A stretch of 64,000 nucleotides of DNA from Anthoceros angustus (Eukaryota; Plantae; Anthocerotophyta), in NCBI GenBank assembly GCA_010909165.1, contig VJWM01000193.1, positions 248,001-312,000 on the forward strand, written 5' to 3'. The notes beneath the pieces are model-generated. The model saw only the letters and a program-made list of their open reading frames with translations. It searched no databases and had not been told where the DNA came from. Of the stretch, positions 59,279-64,000 are shown one piece after another. Position 1 is the stretch's first letter, and every line of letters starts with the position of its first letter. A program made the translations under genes and the position numbers.

Positions 59279-62200
59279 TGTTAGAGGTAGAAACCTAACA
59301 TAGTTTATATATTTAATTACTTGACTATAGGTTAAGTAGGTAACCCAAGAGTCATAAACAATTTTGTATTTAAGGAGTCACTCTCCATCATTTGTTTGAT
59401 CAATGTTCATTATATACAAGCTCGCTTCCGCGATTTATAGCATGGTATCAGAGCACGTAGGCTCTTCGATCCATATCTAGGCTGTCTATGTGATTAGATG
59501 CTGTACAAAGGATGAGATAGGGTTCTCAACGTAATCTGGTGTGCATTCTAGGATACACACTACACTATGTTGAATCACCTATCTCCTCTTCTGCATAGCA
59601 CAGTTAGCCTAGAGTTTATGGGACAACATTAAGTCAAAATCTCAATGTTGGTCCTACAAGTTAAGCAGGGATGACGCGCAGGTCTAGAAACAGGTTTCAT
59701 GTTCCTTTCGTAAGGGAGTCCGTAGTTGATTTGCCTGCTGTCAGGAACAGACGCCTTGAAGATCCTCACAGGAGAATCCCTAGACGGAATCCACGCACTC
59801 CACCCTTCTCAATTGCGTCTAGGCAATTGGATCGTGCTGAGCATCTGGATCCGCGTCTTTGCAACTACCACGCAGCACAACGCATAAATCAGTCACAAGG
59901 ATTGGCATTGCGCCCAAGGAGTGAATACCTGTCAGATGCCGATGAGGATCTGATTTTGGATGATTCCTATTCTCGCTTTTGAATATCGCCCGCGATACAG
60001 TGTTTAACGAGATCTCGATCTCACCGCAATTGACTCGGCATTGCAGAGATTCCCTTACGCGCCTTCAATCAAGCAACCGTGCGTGCATCGAGATAATCGC
60101 AAGGACTGCAAATTTCCTTAGAGTTCCGGAACAAGGACATTCAGCGGTTGCCCCCAATTCTGCACTTTGCAGGTGCGACACTGCGCCGTGAGCTGCGGCT
60201 CGTAGGCAGCTTGATCGCCCGCCAAGCGTTCGCATCGATTCCGCAGTGCTATCTTGTTCCTCCAGCATACAGCATGGCGGCGTCGCGGCAGCTCTCCGCC
60301 GACTTGACGGTAGCGGTACAGGTTGACGGTTGGTCTGGTTGGTCTTGGTTGACACCTGTCATGAAATCCAACGTGTCAGCAACTTTTCAGGTTAGGATGT
60401 ATCGGTTCATATCTAACCCTAAGTGCTTGGTGGTCGAAACGGTGTGTACCTTTTAGTTGATGTCGTTTCGTATTACCACATGTCTTTTGGTCTTCGCTCA
60501 TTGTTTGGTGATTCAGATTCAGACAGTGACGTAGACGAGGACTTAGCCACTGAGCAGACTTTCCTTCAGTCTCTGCAAGCCTTGTTTCCTGCATTGAATC
60601 CACCATCATATCTGTTAGTGCCTCCATCTGTCAGCATGGGGACAGTAGCCCAAGGTGGTAGTTTTACAGGCGAATTCAAAGAGAAAGACCGGTTTGACGG
60701 CAAGCCTGTGAACTACGAAAGCTGGCGGGCTCGAATGAAGGCTTACCTGAACGCTCGAGATTTGTGGGACTACGTGGATGGCTCCATCGCTAATCCTCAC
60801 AAAGTCCCAGCCACTGCTACTGTGCAGCCCACTGCGGATGAGATAGCTAAGTGGGATAAAGGAAACAAGGTGGCTTTCGCTGTTCTCCTGTCAGGCCTGG
60901 ATGCCACCACTGTGACAGAGGTCGAATTCCTGGAAACAGCTGAGGATATCTGGAATCAACTCAAAGATACTTACAAAGTTCAAAATGTGTGCACTTTGAT
61001 GACTGTTCGGAGTGACTTCCACTCCTTCCGGATGCGGGAAGGGGATCCTGTTGGTCCTGCTGTTACCAAGCTGAGGCTGCTGCGAGCTCAACTGTCTGCG
61101 CTAGGAGCCAAGATTAGCGAGGTTGAAATGGTGGCCCAACTGTTCACCGCCCTCCCTCCATCCTACCAGACCTTCATTTCGGATGTAATGCAGCACTTCG
61201 CCGCGGCGCTGCGTCGCTAATCAACCTACGCCTCAACCTCAACTCTGTGGTCGGGGCTCTCCTGCAAGAGGAGGCCAGTAGACACAAGCCAGGTCAGAGC
61301 ACTCGCTCACGAGGTGAGAAGGTGTTATTTGCAGCCAAGGGCAAGTCGTTTGCGAAGGGAAGGGGGAAAGAAAAAAAGAAGACTAACTAGTGTGATGCCC
61401 TGAGGTTTCACGCCTCAACTCCCTCCAAAGAAACGATGTGGCACTTAATTGGTGTCGATTCTGGCCATTGGGAGCGGATCGGAAAAAAGGTGTGACCCAA
61501 AGAAGGAGCTTCGTCCGGAGGCACATGTTGCTGCCAAAGACAAGTCACCTACCTCTCACAAAAAGCAACACCATCTTGACTGGAAGCAGCGTCTTCCTCT
61601 TGATTTGTTCATCGCCTGTTCATAGACTCACTTACGTCTCATGTGTGTAACAACAAGGATTTGTTTGCTACACTTACCACAAGAGTGTCACCACAGTCAG
61701 TGTATGTGGGGGACGCAAGAGGCATAGATGTGCAGGGGGTGGGTACAGTATCAGTTACCTTGGCTAATGATGCTGAAATCCTTCTTGAGAATATCTTGTA
61801 TGTTCCTGCCATGTCCAAGAATTTGCTTTCTGTTCGTGCAGCCACTCAGTCTGGTCGCTATGGCTTTACATTTGAGCAGGGTCATTGTTGTCTTTATGAC
61901 CTGTCCAGATCTGGTACATGCATAGCAAGAGGTCAGTTGGTTGATGATTTGTATCAGCTTAACTTGGCTGCAGAACCAGAAGCATTTGTTACCTCTACTG
62001 TGTCTGAGGCTAACCTGTGGCATGCTAGGCTTGGGCATATAAACAGGGAGAAGTTGAATCTAATGTCGTTTCTAGACTGTTTTAGGGAAAAGCTTCCCTC
62101 TTGTTTCAAGCATCTACCCATCGCCGCCTTGTGTTATGTCGAAACAAAAGGAACTTCCTTCAAGAATAAACAAGCAAATACAAAGTGTGTTAGAACTTGT
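59279..62200 (+). mobile_element. Ty1/Copia LTR retrotransposon, 5' part, interrupted by a nested insertion
   Basis: 164-bp TG...CA LTR (59279-59442) is followed at once by the tRNA-iMet PBS TGGTATCAGAGC (59443-59454). Gag FDGKPVNYESWRARMKAYLNARDLW...LPPSY. Protease region VGDARGIDVQGVGTV...ENILYVPAMSKNLLSV. Pre-integrase LWHARLGHIN, then the integrase start VLEL(V). Confidence 0.9.
60480..62200 (+). pseudogene. Copia gag-protease-integrase N-terminus, frameshifted and interrupted
   Basis: ORFs 60423-61220 (UBN2-type gag) and 61643-62239, in the Copia domain order PR-INT. Confidence 0.85.
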
Positions 62201-64000
62201 TGTGGACTACGGACTTCTCGGGGGTTAGAAATTAGGTAGGGTTTTGTTTTTGTGGGAGCGAAGGATAAAATGAGGCGAAAAAGGGGAAATAAGCAGTTAG
62301 CATCTCGGACGGCACTGGAGTATACTCCGACCGGAGTGAGGAGCTCTAGGCCTACGACAAGGTAAGAAGATAAGTCCCACCCCGAGGACCTGACTCCAAA
62401 GAAGGGGTCCAGACCGACCCTGTGAGGGAAGACCTGACTCCAGAGGTCCGACCCCGAGTTCCAGAGGTCCTGAGGTCCAAACTGGGAGTGGGGAGAGCCA
62501 CCAACCCCAGCAGATCCAGCTTGAGGGCCCATCGCGCAGGGCCCGCCAGAGAGAGAAGAGGGAGGACGAGGAAGACTTGGTGGTGATCGCCGCCGCCGCC
62601 GGTGGCGCAGCACTGAAGAGGAAGGGGTCCTACCGCGATCATCCGATTGCGCCTGCAATGATGTGGCTTGGGCCGGTGCCAAGAAGGAATGAGGGCTATC
62701 CACCCCACCACCGACGGCGATAGGCGGAATAGGGAGGTAGTAGGCGGTGGTTAGGCACACCGAAATGGCCTCACCGTAATAGAGGTAATAAAGGCGCCGA
62801 CCTTCGCGTAGTATAAGAGGGCTAAGGCACCAATAAATCATCTTTCTTGGTGTTGATGCCGCTGCACCTTTGTGTCTTCTGCTAACGTGAGTCCCGAGTC
62901 ACCGAAAGGTGCACGGTACCCGGGAGATTGATCTGTGGTCCCGTGACGACCTAACGTGTTGTGGTGTGTGCAGGAAGGTGTGACCCGTGCTCGCGAGCCG
63001 CCCCAAAGACCGAACGACCGGAACGTGAGCCGAGGAACTCCGGAGGGCGCGGCAGAGTCTGACGAGAGGCCCGCGAACGAGGAGGTCCGCTGTAACCCGC
63101 TTTTAAGACCGATGAGTGTAGCGTGAGGGAGAGAGGAAAGGACCGAAGTGTGAGGACGAATGTGAACGATACGAGAACGGTCCTAAACGCTTGGCCATAC
63201 CGGCCTCAGACGGTGAACGCTAGAGTAGTTAGGAGTGTGCGTGAACGAGCGAAGTGAGGTAAGAATCACCAAAACGCGTAAACGGAGCCTATCATTCCTT
63301 TGGGAACGGACTTCTTCCTACAACGACACGGATTGTGGCGCTACCGCCGCTATCACGAAAGTCGCGCACATTTTGGCGCCTGCCGGGAATGAAATCGCTC
63401 GTACAGCCGGATGCGTGAGGACGGAGGTAGTTAAGGAAGAATTGCTAAGAGAGTCGGACGCCAGATCGCCGAGCGCCCGAGCGCAGTAACGTGAGAGACG
63501 AAGCTCGAGGCGAGGTCACGAACCGCGCAAGCGCGGTGGAATTGGATCGTGAGGAGGAAGCACGCAGGCGTGGCGCAAGAGGAGCGTTCTCTCCCCGCCG
63601 CGACGATGGCAACAACAACGACCAAACAAGTTTCTCTTTGGGAAGAAGGAGAGATGCGAAACCTTTGTTGAGGATTTCATCCCGAGCAACTTCAACGGAA
63701 GAAGGTCGGATGCGCCTAATCCAAATTGCTCCAAGGGTCCTTCGGGACAGCGCCTGGTACCGGGAAGTACCGACCACCCTAACGCCTCGCAACCTTCAAG
63801 ATCAAGGATGCCTTCGGAAAGATTCCGCAATCGATCAAGAAGGCCATCCCGTCCAAGCTTGAGAACCCAAAGAGGGGCAAGACGGAAAGTTGGGATCAGA
63901 CATCGAACGGTTCTATGCCCTCCGGATCGGCACCCCACCCACACCATGCAAAGTGCTGGTTCGCACTACCACCTAAGCCAATGGCTAAGCATGTGCCGTT
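62201..64000 (+). mobile_element. Nested Gypsy-type (Athila/Tat-like) LTR retrotransposon: 5' LTR, PBS and leader, running off the window
   Basis: ~1170-bp LTR with inverted ends TGTG...CACA (62201-63370), followed by tttTGGCGCCTGCCGGGA, a PBS type seen in Athila/Tat elements. It starts exactly where the Copia integrase breaks. Confidence 0.7.

Noticed and set aside
62134-62841. 235-aa minus-strand ORF
   Set aside because: It lies within the inferred LTR, is low complexity, and has no recognisable domain.

Overview
This is eukaryotic land-plant nuclear DNA. The compact genes, short GT-AG introns and PLS-class PPR gene fit a seed-free plant such as a hornwort or lycophyte, but the taxon is an inference. 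The window has three zones. (1) 1-21.2 kb is gene-dense: a complete non-autonomous CACTA element (TIRs plus TGT target duplication), a ZCCHC8-like gene head-to-head with a HemK/PrmC methyltransferase, an intronless PLS-E+ PPR editing factor, a rhomboid-like RBL19/TMEM115 gene, an orphan membrane/coiled-coil gene, and three dispersed 5S-rRNA-derived fragments. (2) About 22.9-44.1 kb is an AT-rich tandem array. It holds four ~3.9 kb units, each with an intronless UBC23/UBC24(PHO2)/UBE2O-type E2 gene and a truncated sister fragment, preceded by shorter gene-less units joined at microhomologies. The frameshifts differ between copies and may be read errors. (3) 44.1-64 kb is repeat- and TE-rich: compound satellites, decayed ORFs including a RING-H2 relic, an (AACCTAC)n telomere-like tract, and a short-LTR Copia element interrupted in its integrase by a Gypsy-type LTR element. 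Many indels look like long-read consensus errors, so exon boundaries and pseudogene calls are provisional.
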